DNA from: Dendrobates tinctorius
Lineage: Eukaryota
DNA length: 64,000 bases
Direction: 5' to 3'
Assembly: GCF_039654945.1 (NCBI RefSeq)
Contig: NW_027361840.1
Coordinates: forward strand, 3,038,001-3,102,000
Part shown: positions 26,247 through 36,803 of the stretch, in pieces
Position numbering within the stretch: the first letter of the stretch is position 1
Layout: every line of letters begins with the position of its first letter
Translations under genes and position numbers: made by a program
Notes under the pieces: generated by a model
Seen by the model: only the letters and a program-made list of their open reading frames with translations
What the model was told of the DNA's origin: nothing
The model's database searches: none

Positions 26247-26528
26247 ACAGTCACATCGGTAGATGTGACCGCTCTACCTGGTCGCCGGAGATACACTGAC
26301 AGGAGATAATCACCCCCATGTTGTATCAGCTGATCGGCTCCGTGCTGTCACGGCACCGCTGCGTGGGAAAGTTCTCACACAGCGGTAGTGCCGTAAAGGG
26401 AGAGCACCGTAGTGGTGAACTCTGGTGAACTCTCAGTGCAGCTCCGTGATACACTGACATGAGGTAATATCTCCCCCAGTGTATCACCGGAGGTCGGGTA
26501 GAGCGGTCACATCTCCCGATGTGACTGT
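26247..26528. repeat. Inverted repeat with ~60-bp arms, probably internal to a non-autonomous DNA transposon
   Basis: ACAGTCACATCGGTAGATGTGACCGCTCTACC... pairs with ...GGTAGAGCGGTCACATCTCCCGATGTGACTGT; each arm carries its own GTCACATC/GATGTGAC hairpin. Confidence 0.7.
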
Positions 26529-26967
26529 GTAGTGACCCAGTCCAGAGTGTGTCTGTCCCTTTAAGTAATACTGAATTGTGAGTAGCTTCTGTACACTACT
26601 GCTCACTCTCTAACTGGCTCTCTACATTATTTGTGAGCTGTAATTCTCCATTTCTCGTCACCTTCATTTTAGATGCAATGCATTTCTCATTTGCTGTGTT
26701 CTGTCGCCATCTAAAGGTGAAACTGTACAATGACTGAATTATTGTTTTGTAAGGAGCTGAGATGTGAATTCGGTCTCCTATTAGCCAGCTCCTAGTCACA
26801 TGGTCAATAGGAGGAGCTGTTTTTCCAGGCAAGTGTAGGATGTTCTTTAGTCTGAGGGATGCCATCAGGGAGAGCAGAACAAACATGGAGGAGGTTTTTA
26901 CCTCAAGATCTCCTGCAGGCGTAAAAGCCTGAGTTCCCTCTAACCTGTACAGACATCATTCTATTTC

Positions 26968-27190
26968 TGACAGGATTCACCACATCTAAAGTATTTATGA
27001 CTGGATTCACCACATCGAAAAAGTATTTATGACAGGATTCACCACATCTAAAGTATTGCTGACAGGATTCACCACATCTAAATTATTGCTGACAGGATTC
27101 ACCACATCTAAAGTATTCCTGACAGGATTCACCACATCTAAAGTATTCCTGACAGGATTCACCACATGTATTTCTGACTGGATTCACCAC
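26968..27190. repeat. 30-bp tandem repeat (~7 copies)
   Basis: GACAGGATTCACCACATCTAAAGTATTCCT repeated. Confidence 0.92.
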
Positions 27191-27363
27191 AGTTTTTACA
27201 TTCACCTATAAGTACTTGTGCACGTGCCGTGACACACTGTGGAGATAACCCCAAATACAGGTCTGTAACCTCTAATTGCTGCGTCTACCTCCCAATGTAA
27301 CATACCAAAATACATTATCCAGTGCTCTTAAAGCTCCAGACCCCAATCACATCTCAGCATGTA

Positions 27364-28170
27364 CCGTATATACTCGAGAATAAGCCAACCTGAGTATAAG
27401 CCGACCCCCCTAATTTTGCCACAAAAAACTGGGAAAACTTATTGACTCAAGTATAAGCCTAGGGTGGGAAATGCTCCATAGATTATTCCCCCATATGGTG
27501 TCCCCAGAAGAAGCTCCATAGGCTCCATAGATTGTTCCCCCATATGCTGCCCGCTTAAGAAGCTCCATAAATTATTCCCCCATATGGTGTCCCAGAAGAA
27601 GCGCCATAGATTATTCCCCCATATGGTGTCCCCAGAAGAAGCTCCATAGATTATTCCCCCATATGGTGTCCCCAGAAGAAGCTCCATAGATTATTCCCCC
27701 ATATGCTGCCCCCATAAGAAGCTCCATAGATTATTCCCCCATATGCTGCCCCCATAAGATGCTTAATAGATTATTCCCCCATGTGCTGCTGCTGGTGCTG
27801 CATGTAAAAATTAAAATAATGACATACTCACCTCTCCGTCGCTGGGTGTCAGGTGCCGGTGTCACTGCTGGCACCTGAGATACTCACCTGTCTTGCGTCC
27901 ATGGCTGCTCATCGCTATCTGCCACGTCATCGGTCAGTGACGTTCAGATTGCAGGGGGCGCGGCGCGCACTAACCACGTCACTGCGCCCTCTGCTGTCTG
28001 AAGTCACTGACAGATGACAGACAGCAGCAAGCAGCCATGGACGCAGGACAGGTGAGTATCGCTATACTTACCCGTCCTGATGCTGTCTCTTGAGCCCCCA
28101 GCTTCTCCGCGCTCTCTCTTTCTGCCTTCAGCGGTCATGTGATACCGCTCATTAAAACTCATGAATATGC
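27364..28170. mobile_element. Non-autonomous Tc1/mariner/pogo-like element, left end, with internal ~40-bp tandem repeat and inverted repeat
   Basis: TA + CCGTATATACTCGAGAATAAGCC terminus with repeated GAGTATAAGCC. GCTCCATAGATTATTCCCCCATATGGTGTCCCCAGAAGAA is tandem at 27473-27785, with an IR at 27879-28060. The right TIR was not found. Confidence 0.65.
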
Positions 28171-29419
28171 GCATATGTAAAGTTTGGGCAGAAAAACAGA
28201 GAATTTTTGGATGTAAAAATCGATATTGTAGATGGTAATATGATCACCAAGGTACATAGAAAACCAACCGCGACTAATTCACTCCTACACTTTAATAGTG
28301 CATACCCCATGCATACTAAAGAAGGGCTTCCTTTCAGTCAGATGGTTAGATTAAGGAAACTGAACAATAATGATGACATCTGTAATAAACAAATTGAGGA
28401 ATTAAAAACACGATTGTTGAGGAGAGGTTATCCTATTGGTGTTGTAAATGAAGCTCACGAACGAGTCAAAGCCATTTCACAAAGTGATTTATTAAAAAGG
28501 GTCACCAGACGTCACAAAAAACAAATGAATAGCGAAATAAATCCACAAAAGAGATTTTTCTTTAGCTTTAAACATAGCTCCATCGACAGGATTATACACA
28601 CAGCCATTAGAAAAAATTGGCATGTTTTACGCTCTGACAAAGATTTGAATGAAATTAGTACTTTGGCTCCGCAATTTGCATATAAATGCACTCATAATAT
28701 AGCTGATCTTCTAGTACATAATCGTTTGCTCCCCCTTGATAAAAATTGGTTACAAAAAAATTCACGAAAGGGAATTTTAAATGCGGTAATTGTAATTAAA
28801 GTCATTTACATATGACTTCCAATCCTCTAAAAATCGGACCTGTTCAGCATTGGGTAAAAGATTTTCTTTCTTGTAAAAGTAAATTTGTGGTATATGTCTT
28901 GTTTTGTCCTTGTTTATTTTTTTACATAGGAAAAACTATTAGACCACTTGCAACAAGATTTCGTGAACATTATCATTCTATTAGTACAGGAAAAGGGTCT
29001 TTGCGCTTGATAAAACATATGCAAGAAAAACACAACTCCAACCCTGAATTATTACGCTTTGCTGGTTTAGAAATGGTAAAATTTCCACCACAAGGTGGTA
29101 ATCATAATAAACTCTTGATGAGACAAGAAGCCAGATGGATAATTAAATTAAAAGTGCAGGATCCAATAGGACTGAATGATAGGTTGGATTTGTCTATCTT
29201 TCTGTAAAGAAAAAAATCTTTTGAAAAAAATTCTTAAAAAAAAATTCTTAAAAAACAATTTTTTGCTTCATTGCAAAAAGAATTTTTGGAAAAGATAAGA
29301 AGAAAATAGGTTGTTGTGATCCTTTCATTACTTTTTTAGTCAGCATGAAGATGTAATTATGTCACTTGTTTTTAATGTGAAAATGTTTGTTCATGATTTT
29401 AACTGTTCACTTGCTGTTA

Positions 29420-29812
29420 AGGTACTGTCACACTTAGCGATATCGCTAGCAATATCGCTATAACTTGTGACGTTATAGCGATATTGCTAGCGATATCGCT
29501 GTGTCTGATACCTCCGACCGGCTCCCCCGCTGGTTATCGCTGATCGCGCGAGAACGTCCTGGACTGTTTCTCGTCGTCAGCTTCCTGCGGCGCTTCCTGT
29601 GGAGAGACGAGCGACGCGCGTGGAGCGGGGCGGGAGGACGCAGGATCGCCTAGTGTGACAGATAAGTAGCGACCCCCGACCGCTACGATGTCGCTGGTGA
29701 GATCTGCCTGTTTGGCAGCTCACTAGCGATCACTTAGCGATGTACCAGCGATCCTGACCGCGTCATATGGCTGGTCGGGATCGCTGGTGCATCGCTAAGT
29801 GTGACAGTACCT
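29420..29812. mobile_element. PIF/Harbinger-type MITE inserted in the Penelope-like 3' region
   Basis: TIRs AGGTACTGTCACACTTAGCGAT / ATCGCTAAGTGTGACAGTACCT with TTA duplication (29417-29419, 29813-29815). Confidence 0.88.
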
Positions 29813-29860
29813 TTAGTCATATACCTATTTAAGGAAATTACATCACGTAATTACACACCT

Positions 29861-29905
29861 GGGCCTGTTGAAGCGTCTGTGTACGCGAAACGGCTATCGT
29901 CCACT
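29861..29905 (+). ncRNA. Degenerate hammerhead ribozyme of the Penelope-like element
   Basis: CTGTTGA (core CUGANGA with one change), stem II GCGT/ACGC, GAAA, stem III ACG/CGT and GTC triplet; stem I is poor. Confidence 0.55.
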
Positions 29906-30188
29906 TTTTCTCACCACATGCCTCATATTACCTGCCTGTCCTTTATTGTGTGACCTTTAATGGTTGAATAAAGAAACACTACACTGCAAATTGGGTGAGT
30001 GCCGCATCTTTGTTTCTTCATTCATATACTTTATATGTTTTTTCTGATGCAGAGCACCGTTATCCCTAGCAGCATGCTGCATACTGTGTGCCTGTGGTTG
30101 ATCCAGGGCTGGTTGCTGGTGGATTGATGCCTTGGTGCCGTTCACTTGTGTTTTCTCTGGATTGAAAGTCCTGACATTTTTGTAACAG

Positions 30189-31270
30189 TCAATCTATCAG
30201 TCTCTGGAAAGTAGTGGGGGCAGTTTTCATCCCAAAGGGCAGTCCCAGGAACTCAAAAAGCTCAAATGGAGTACTGAAGGCCGAGCGCTCCCGAGTGTCC
30301 TCCGTTAAGGGTATCTGCCAGTACCCCTTGCTCAAGTCTAACATGGTCACAAATTGGGCACTGGCCAGACGATCCAATAGATCATCAATCTTGGGCATGG
30401 GATAAGCATCACTCTTGGTGGCATCATTTAATCATCTGTAATCAACGCAGAATCGTGTTGTACCATCCTTCTTGGGGACCAGGACGACAGGAGAGGCCCA
30501 AGAACTGTGAGATGGCGGAATAACTCCCAGTCGTTTCATCTCCTCCAGTTCGTTCTTTATCATGCCTTGAACAGCCTCTGGAACCCGGTAGGCAGCCTGC
30601 TGGACGGGGCGTTGTCCGGGGGTTTCCACATGGTGGCTGGTGAGAGTAGTCTTCCCCAGCTTTGAGGAGAAAGCAGCAGCCCTCGGCCTTAGTATGGCAA
30701 CAATATCGTCCTTTTGTATATCCGATAAATGGGAGCCCAGGGGCACTTGTTCCAGTGATCCTCCCGCTTGGGCAACCTTGAGGAGATCGGGGAGATACTC
30801 GTCGTCGGCGGTATCACTAGGGGGGTGGCAGACAGCTAGAACAGACAGAGATCGGTCGTGGTAGTCTTTCAGCATGTTAATGTGGACGGTTTTCTGTTGT
30901 CGACCACTAGAGTCCAGGGCAATAACATAGTGTCATTAGTTTTCTTGACAACCTGATAAGGGCCTTCCCACACTGCTTGAAGCTTGTTGGCAGGGGAAGC
31001 AGTAATCATGAGCACTTGCTGTCCTTCCATAAATTCCAGGGTCCTGGCATTACGGTCATACCAGGTTTTTTGTCTGGACTGGGCCATTCGCTGATGTTCT
31101 TTAGCGAAGGTAGCTAGCTGGGTGAGACGGTCTCTGAGTTCTAGAACATAGGGAATGATGGGCATTCCGGTATCTGAGATGTCTCCCTCCAAATGTTCTT
31201 TCAGAAGAGTGAGAGGCCCATGGACCTTCCGGCTAAACAGTAGTTCGAAGGGAGAGAACCCTGTGGACTC
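30189..31270 (-). pseudogene. Gmr1-like Gypsy pol fragment (integrase C-terminus followed by RT)
   Basis: On the minus strand: GFSPFELLF, WEGPYQV (GPY), then WASPVVLVPKKDGTTRFCVDYR, LDLSKGYWQIPL and LPFGMKTAP. IN precedes RT. Confidence 0.88.
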
Positions 31271-31289
31271 TCGGTAGACTAAAAAGCAT

Positions 31290-32496
31290 GTACTTATATT
31301 TTTAGGAACTGCTGGTTACTATCGCAAATTTGTTTCTAGCTTCAGCTCCTTGGCCAAGCTCCTAACCGACCTGACCCGCAAGAACATGCCTAGGAATGTG
31401 ACGTGGATGACTGCATGCGAGGATGCCTTTTCAGCGTTAAAGACCGCACTCGTCACTGCTCCTGTCTTGGCTGCCCCGGATTATAAGCGCAGGTTCCTCG
31501 TGCAGACAGATGCATCCACCTTTGGGATTGGGGCAGTACTTAACCAAGTGAACGCCGCCGGAGAAGAACATCCTGTTGCTTTTGCCAGTCGGAAACTACT
31601 GGATCGGGAAGTTGCCTATGCCACTATTGAAAAGGAGTGCCTTGCCATCGTATGGGTGCTAAAAAAATTGCAGCCATACTTGTATGGCAGAGACTTTACA
31701 ATTGTTACAGACCACAACCCCCTCACATGGCTGAACCGCATATCAGGGGACAATGGAAGATTGCTGCGGTGGAGCTTGTCCTTACAACCCTACAGCTTCT
31801 CCATCCAATACAAGCGGGGAAGCCAACACCAGAACGCCGATGGACTGTCTCGACAAGAAGAACCATAGGCTCCCCAGGCCGACCTACCCCTGCCACTGTA
31901 CAAGGAACTATAAATGGTTGAGCAATGTGGACTAAAGTGAGGCCAGAGGTCTGTGCAGACCTCATAGCGTGCTCACTTATTATTGAGGGGAGAGGTTGTG
32001 ATGGTGTGATAGGCTATGTGGATATCATTTTGTGTATATTTCTAGTTCACTTATTTTCATAGTGTTTTTCCTGTATGTCTATAGCCTGACTGGATCTGTC
32101 TCTTGATAACCCCCTGTAGTTCTTTAATCCCCAAGGCTCCTTTATTCTCCTCTGGGAGGCCTGGAAACTGCCCAAACCTGTTTGACTACCCCTGGACACA
32201 AGGAAGGGGGTGGGGTGAACAGGAGCTGGAGAAGTCAGTTCCTGTGTGGAGTGGTTTGTGTAAAGACTGCACTTCAGAGAGAAGGACCCATTTTATCCTC
32301 TGCTAGAGTTTTGGAATCTCGTCTCCCTGGACATTTTATCCTGTTACTGGACTACATTCTTGTTCTGGACTATTGTATCCTCAGTGTGGTGGATTGTTTA
32401 TGGACCTTCTAATTTTGCCTGTAATAAAGGTCTTGGGATTGTTCACTCTTCTCTCACTCTGTTGATTGTGTGGTTTCGGAGAAGGACCCCGTGACA
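31290..32496 (+). mobile_element. Gmr1-like Gypsy 3' end: RNase H, PPT and LTR (31997-32496)
   Basis: FLGTAGYYRKF, QTDAS, EKECLAIVW, TDHNPL and NADGLSR* as the last domain; PPT GAGGGGAGAGG; TGTGA...TGACA LTR with AATAAA. Confidence 0.88.
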
Positions 32497-32948
32497 GCCA
32501 TATAGGCCGAAACGTTTTGTACAGACTGCATTAATAAAAATTTGTCTTCTAATTAAGGACATCTTAAGTTGAGTGGCATGTTATTTTCACTATTTCTTAG
32601 ACTTTAAAGCTCTAGCCTTGCGGGTAATGGGTAATGACTCACCTTGCCCCAGCTATGCTCCTGCTCCTTGTTCTCTAGACCTGGCTGCTGGAATATCGAC
32701 CGTATCTCCACCTTCACATGCTCCATTTATGCAGGTCACACAGTACGTGCCAGCCCCTACTCTCGGTCATACTCCTATTACCACAGATGCACTTGTCCAA
32801 GTCCTTGACTCTGTATGCCAAGCCTTAAAGGAACTAAAAAGCCAATCCCATGCACCACGCGAGACATCCGTAAGTCGAGCAGTGTCCCCAAAAACCACGT
32901 TCTAGTCGCCCAGGTGTTGGAGGGCTTCCATCTAGAGATTGTGCCTAC

Positions 32949-32990
32949 TGTACTTATTGTGAGCGTCATGGGCACTATAAGTATCAATGC
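32949..32990 (+). pseudogene. Gag-type CCHC zinc-knuckle fragment
   Basis: Translates CTYCERHGHYKYQC (C-X2-C-X4-H-X4-C). Confidence 0.6.
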
Positions 32991-33104
32991 TATAGGTTAA
33001 ACGGGTCACCCCTGAGGCCGAGGGCCGCCACTCGGGAGGTGAATCCAAAATCCCAGAGGGACAGTCACAATGGGTCTCCTGATTTGTCTTCAAATGCCCA
33101 TATA

Positions 33105-34325
33105 CACTCACTGGCCACTTTATTAGGTACACCATGCTAGTAAGGGGTTGGACCCCCTTTTGCCTTCAGAACTGCCTCAATTCTTCGTGGCAGAGATTCA
33201 ACAAGGTGCTGGAAGCATTCCTCAGAGATTTTGGACCATATTGACATGATGGCATCACACAGTTGGCGCAGATTTGTCGGCTGCACATCCCTGATGCGAA
33301 TCTCCCGTTCCACCACATCCCAAAGATGCTCTATTGGATTGAGATCTGGTGACTGAGGAGGCCATTTGAGTACAGTAAACTCATTGTCATGTTCAAGAAA
33401 CCAATCTGAGATGATTCGAGCTTTATGACATGGCGCATTATCCTGCTGAAAGTAGCCATCAGATGTTGGGTACATTGTGGTCATAAAGGGATGGACATGG
33501 TCAGCAACAATACTCAGGTAGGCTGTGGCGTTGCAACGATGCTCAATTGGTACCAAGGGGCCCAAAGAGTGCCCAGAAAAAATTCCCCACACCATGACAC
33601 CACCACCACCAGCCTGAACCGTTGATACAAGGCAGGATGGATCCATGCTTTCATGTTGTTTACGCCAAATTCTGACCCTACCATCCGAATGTCGCAGCAG
33701 AAATCGAGACTCATCAGACCAGGCAACGTTTTTCCAATCTTCTACTGTCCAATTTCGATGAGCTTGTGCAAATTGTAGCCTCAGTTTCCTGTTCTTAGCT
33801 GAGAGGAGTGGTACCCAGTGTGGTCTTCTGCTGCTGTAGCCCATCTGCCTCAAAGTTCGACGCACTGTGCGTTCAGAGATGCTCTTCTGCCTACCTTGGT
33901 TGTAACGGGTGGCAATTTGAGTCACTGTTGCCTTTCTATCAGCTCGAACCAGTCTGCCCATTCTCCTCTGACCTCTGGCATCAACATGGCATTTCCGGCC
34001 ATAGAACTGCCGCTCACTGGATTTTTTTTCTTTTTCGGACCATTCTCTGTAAACCCTAGAGATGGTTGTGCGTGAAAATCCCAGTAGATCAGCAGTTTCT
34101 GAAATTCTCAGACCAGCCCTTCTGGCACCAACAATCATGCCACGTTCAAAGGCACTCAAATCACCTTTCTTCCCCATACTGATGCTCGGTTTGAACTGCA
34201 GGAGATTGTCTTGACCATGTCTACATGCCTAAATGCACTGAGTTGCCGCCATGTGATTGGCTGATTAGAAATTAAGTCTTAACACACAGTTGGACAGGTG
34301 TACCTAATAAAGTGGCCAGTGAGTG
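33105..34325 (-). mobile_element. Tc1/mariner transposon, DD36E (Incomer-type), full length 1221 bp
   Basis: Perfect 29-bp TIRs CACTCACTGGCCACTTTATTAGGTACACC, TA on both flanks, single intact ORF. Confidence 0.96.
33137..34177 (-). CDS. DD36E Tc1-family transposase, 346 aa, uninterrupted
   Basis: N-terminal HTH region, [16 protein letters not shown] and SPDLNPIE; 36 residues counted between the second D and the E. Confidence 0.95.
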   Translation of the reverse strand: MGKKGDLSAFERGMIVGARRAGLRISETADLLGFSRTTISRVYREWSEKEKKSSERQFYGRKCHVDARGQRRMGRLVRADRKATVTQIATRYNQGRQKSISERTVRRTLRQMGYSSRRPHWVPLLSAKNRKLRLQFAQAHRNWTVEDWKNVAWSDESRFLLRHSDGRVRIWRKQHESMDPSCLVSTVQAGGGGVMVWGIFSGHSLGPLVPIEHRCNATAYLSIVADHVHPFMTTMYPTSDGYFQQDNAPCHKARIISDWFLEHDNEFTVLKWPPQSPDLNPIEHLWDVVEREIRIRDVQPTNLRQLCDAIMSIWSKISEECFQHLVESLPRRIEAVLKAKGGPTPY

Positions 34326-34327
34326 TA

Positions 34328-36800
34328 TGTCGGATTTTGCAAGCAGGGCACCGGGCTCCACTTCACGCACGAGTTCGGCCGCTCTGTCAAATGAAGCGTA
34401 GGTTACGGAAGTGTCTTCTGGGGGTATTATGTCGTTAACCGAATCGCATTTTGGGTAGGAAAGGTGATGTATTAGCCGATATTTTCTGGGTTCCTTTCGG
34501 GAACAATACCTAAAGGCGAGACTGTGAAATTCTTGAATGGCAATAATGTAAATGGGAACGCCAATTTGCCCAGGTAAAATCTTGGGGAATTCTCGTGCCG
34601 ATTTTAGATTATTTAGCGCGCACGGATTTTAGATTATTTGACTAAATTTGAAGGGGATAAAAAGCCGTATTTAAAACCGTGATATGGCTGCTGGGCAGCT
34701 TCGTTATTGGGATAAAAGCCAGGTGCCTATGGCGGTTACACCCACCGGGATTATGCCTATTTTTTTTTTCTGGGCCCGACGAACAAAAAATCGTCGAGGT
34801 AGTCAATTGTTGAATTGCTACCTGTTTCGTGTTGCACTACCCAGTCTAGGAAGGCATTGAAAAGTTCGAAATAGTGGCATGAAATGGAGCAGCCCATTGG
34901 CAAGCACATGTCGAAATAAAACAGCTGGTCCACTTTACAGCCTAACAAATGAAAGCTTTCGGGGTGCACCGGCAAAAGGCGGAATTACGGACCTCGTAAT
35001 CGTTACATTTGCTTTGCAGGTACCCTTTGATGCAGGGTGTCCGCCTCCACAGGCTGAGCAGAGGGTAATAAATAAATGGCTCATTCGGCATTAATTCATT
35101 ATTGCTTTTGCTTCTGTAATAGATGCCTCGTTCGGCATTGAAACATTCTTGATTTGTGTTGAATTATTATTGATTTTGTTTTCATAGTAGATGCCTTTTT
35201 CGGCATTGATTCATTATCAATTTTGCAACATTCACCAATGTGTGTCATAGGAGTGATACCCGAAACTAGTGTAACGCCATCCCATACTCCGCTGTCCGCT
35301 GGCTCCACCCCAGGGACTCTTAATCCACCATCCACTGAGTCCACTTTTGGGACGCATATATAACTTGGTGTACCGATTTTTGATTGTCAAGCGCTACACT
35401 TGCTTGGCAGGTACACCTTGATGCAGAGCATTCGTCTCAATATTAACAAGACAAGTTCAAACGGCAGTATCCTTCCTTAAAAAGTTAGCAGGTCCCTGGT
35501 CCACGTGTGGCCACTGAATTCCGGAGTCGTTAGTGGTCGCGTATGGAAAAGGGGGGGCTATTTATATGACTTCTATATGGTATCCTGGTATATTAATAAT
35601 TTGGAGCCACGTTCATGCCTCTGGCCCATAATACAGCCAAATACTGTAAATGCCTGTTAACTCCACAGAGATGTACGTCTTTGCGTAGGCTCGCTAATTT
35701 AGATGTAACTTTAAATAGTAAGCAGGCCTCTGGTCATGTGCAACCCTTGAAATCCGGAGTAGTTAGTGGTCGCGTATGAAAAAGGGGGCTGCTTTTGAGC
35801 CATCATCAGTTGTAACCAAACATCTGTTGCTTTTACTCTCCAGCCTAGATTGGGCTGTAGGGCCAGGCGCCTGCGGAACTGTACATTGTACCACCGCCAG
35901 GCGGAACCACCATCGTTATTTCCTGAGTGATTGACAACATTTAGATCGCTGGGATGAGAACACTCACCACTATTTCACTCCGGCCGGGTGACTCCAGGTT
36001 ATGGAGGAACTCCGACTCCCGCTGTATGGTTGGTTGAGGTTTGGTGTCTGCCGTGACCAGAAGCCTTGGGAGGTTAGGATAGATCTTCCAGGCTAATAGC
36101 CAGAGATGGGGTACGTGACGTCTGATCTCTGTCGTGTCCCCGAGCCCGAGTGACTCCCGATGGGGGAACTCCGGGTTTAATCTGGTGGTTGGACTGGCTG
36201 GTAGCCCTCGGTGACGATTCACGATCGCCTATCATGACACTTAGATTGTCGGACCGATCGAATATGACAAGGGAACGCCATCTAGCGGAACGAGATCTGT
36301 GGCGGCTTCTATGTGATCCGTGTCTGCGGTGGTAACGGGATTGAAAGACTCTTAGAGGGATAGTGGGAATGGTGACGGGAGGAGGAGCGGGAGGTCCTGC
36401 GGCGTCTACGCCAGGAACCGCTGCTATTATAGGATGTGTTGGGGGCATTCACGTCAGCCATGAGGGGTTCACTAAGTGTATACAGGGCTGTGAAAAGTAG
36501 AGGTGTGCTGTGGGGCATGGGAGGTGGCCTACGTTGCTATCTTTAAGATTAATGGCAGTATATGGGAGGTCAAGGGTTAATGTATTTTTTTATTTATTTC
36601 TTTTTATTATTATTGAAATGGGGTTGACAGTGTGTAGTGTGTGGATAGAGTTAAAGTGTTACATGTGTTGGAGATGTACTATATTTCCTGCAGAGCGCGC
36701 TGAACGGTCGGGTTGGACCGGACAGCACGCTCCGCAGCAGCGTTATGGGCAGGCGTTGGGGGTGTTAATAGTGTATTAGTGATGGGTGCAGTAACATTAG
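34328..36800 (-). mobile_element. Ngaro/DIRS-type tyrosine-recombinase retrotransposon remnant, copy 1
   Basis: RT pieces PVHPESFHLLG...LPMGCSISC...YLDDFLFVGP (34757-34975), SPLGIVP and GALLAKSDI (34328-34560); ORF1 motif FRRRLALQPNLG...ATDVWLQLMMAQK near 35790-35900. Confidence 0.8.
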
Positions 36801-36803
36801 GTG

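Larger units (their letters stand above)
28190..30010 (+). mobile_element. 5'-truncated Penelope-like element (RT C-terminus + GIY-YIG endonuclease, frameshifted) with 3' region
   Basis: FLDV..., HRKPTATNSLLHFNSAYP and LPFSQMVRLRK (RT thumb). VVYVLFCPC..YIGKT.R.L..RFREH and EARWI..L....PIGLN (GIY-YIG) occur in ORFs 28207-28815 and 28812-29207. AATAAA at ~29967. Confidence 0.9.
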
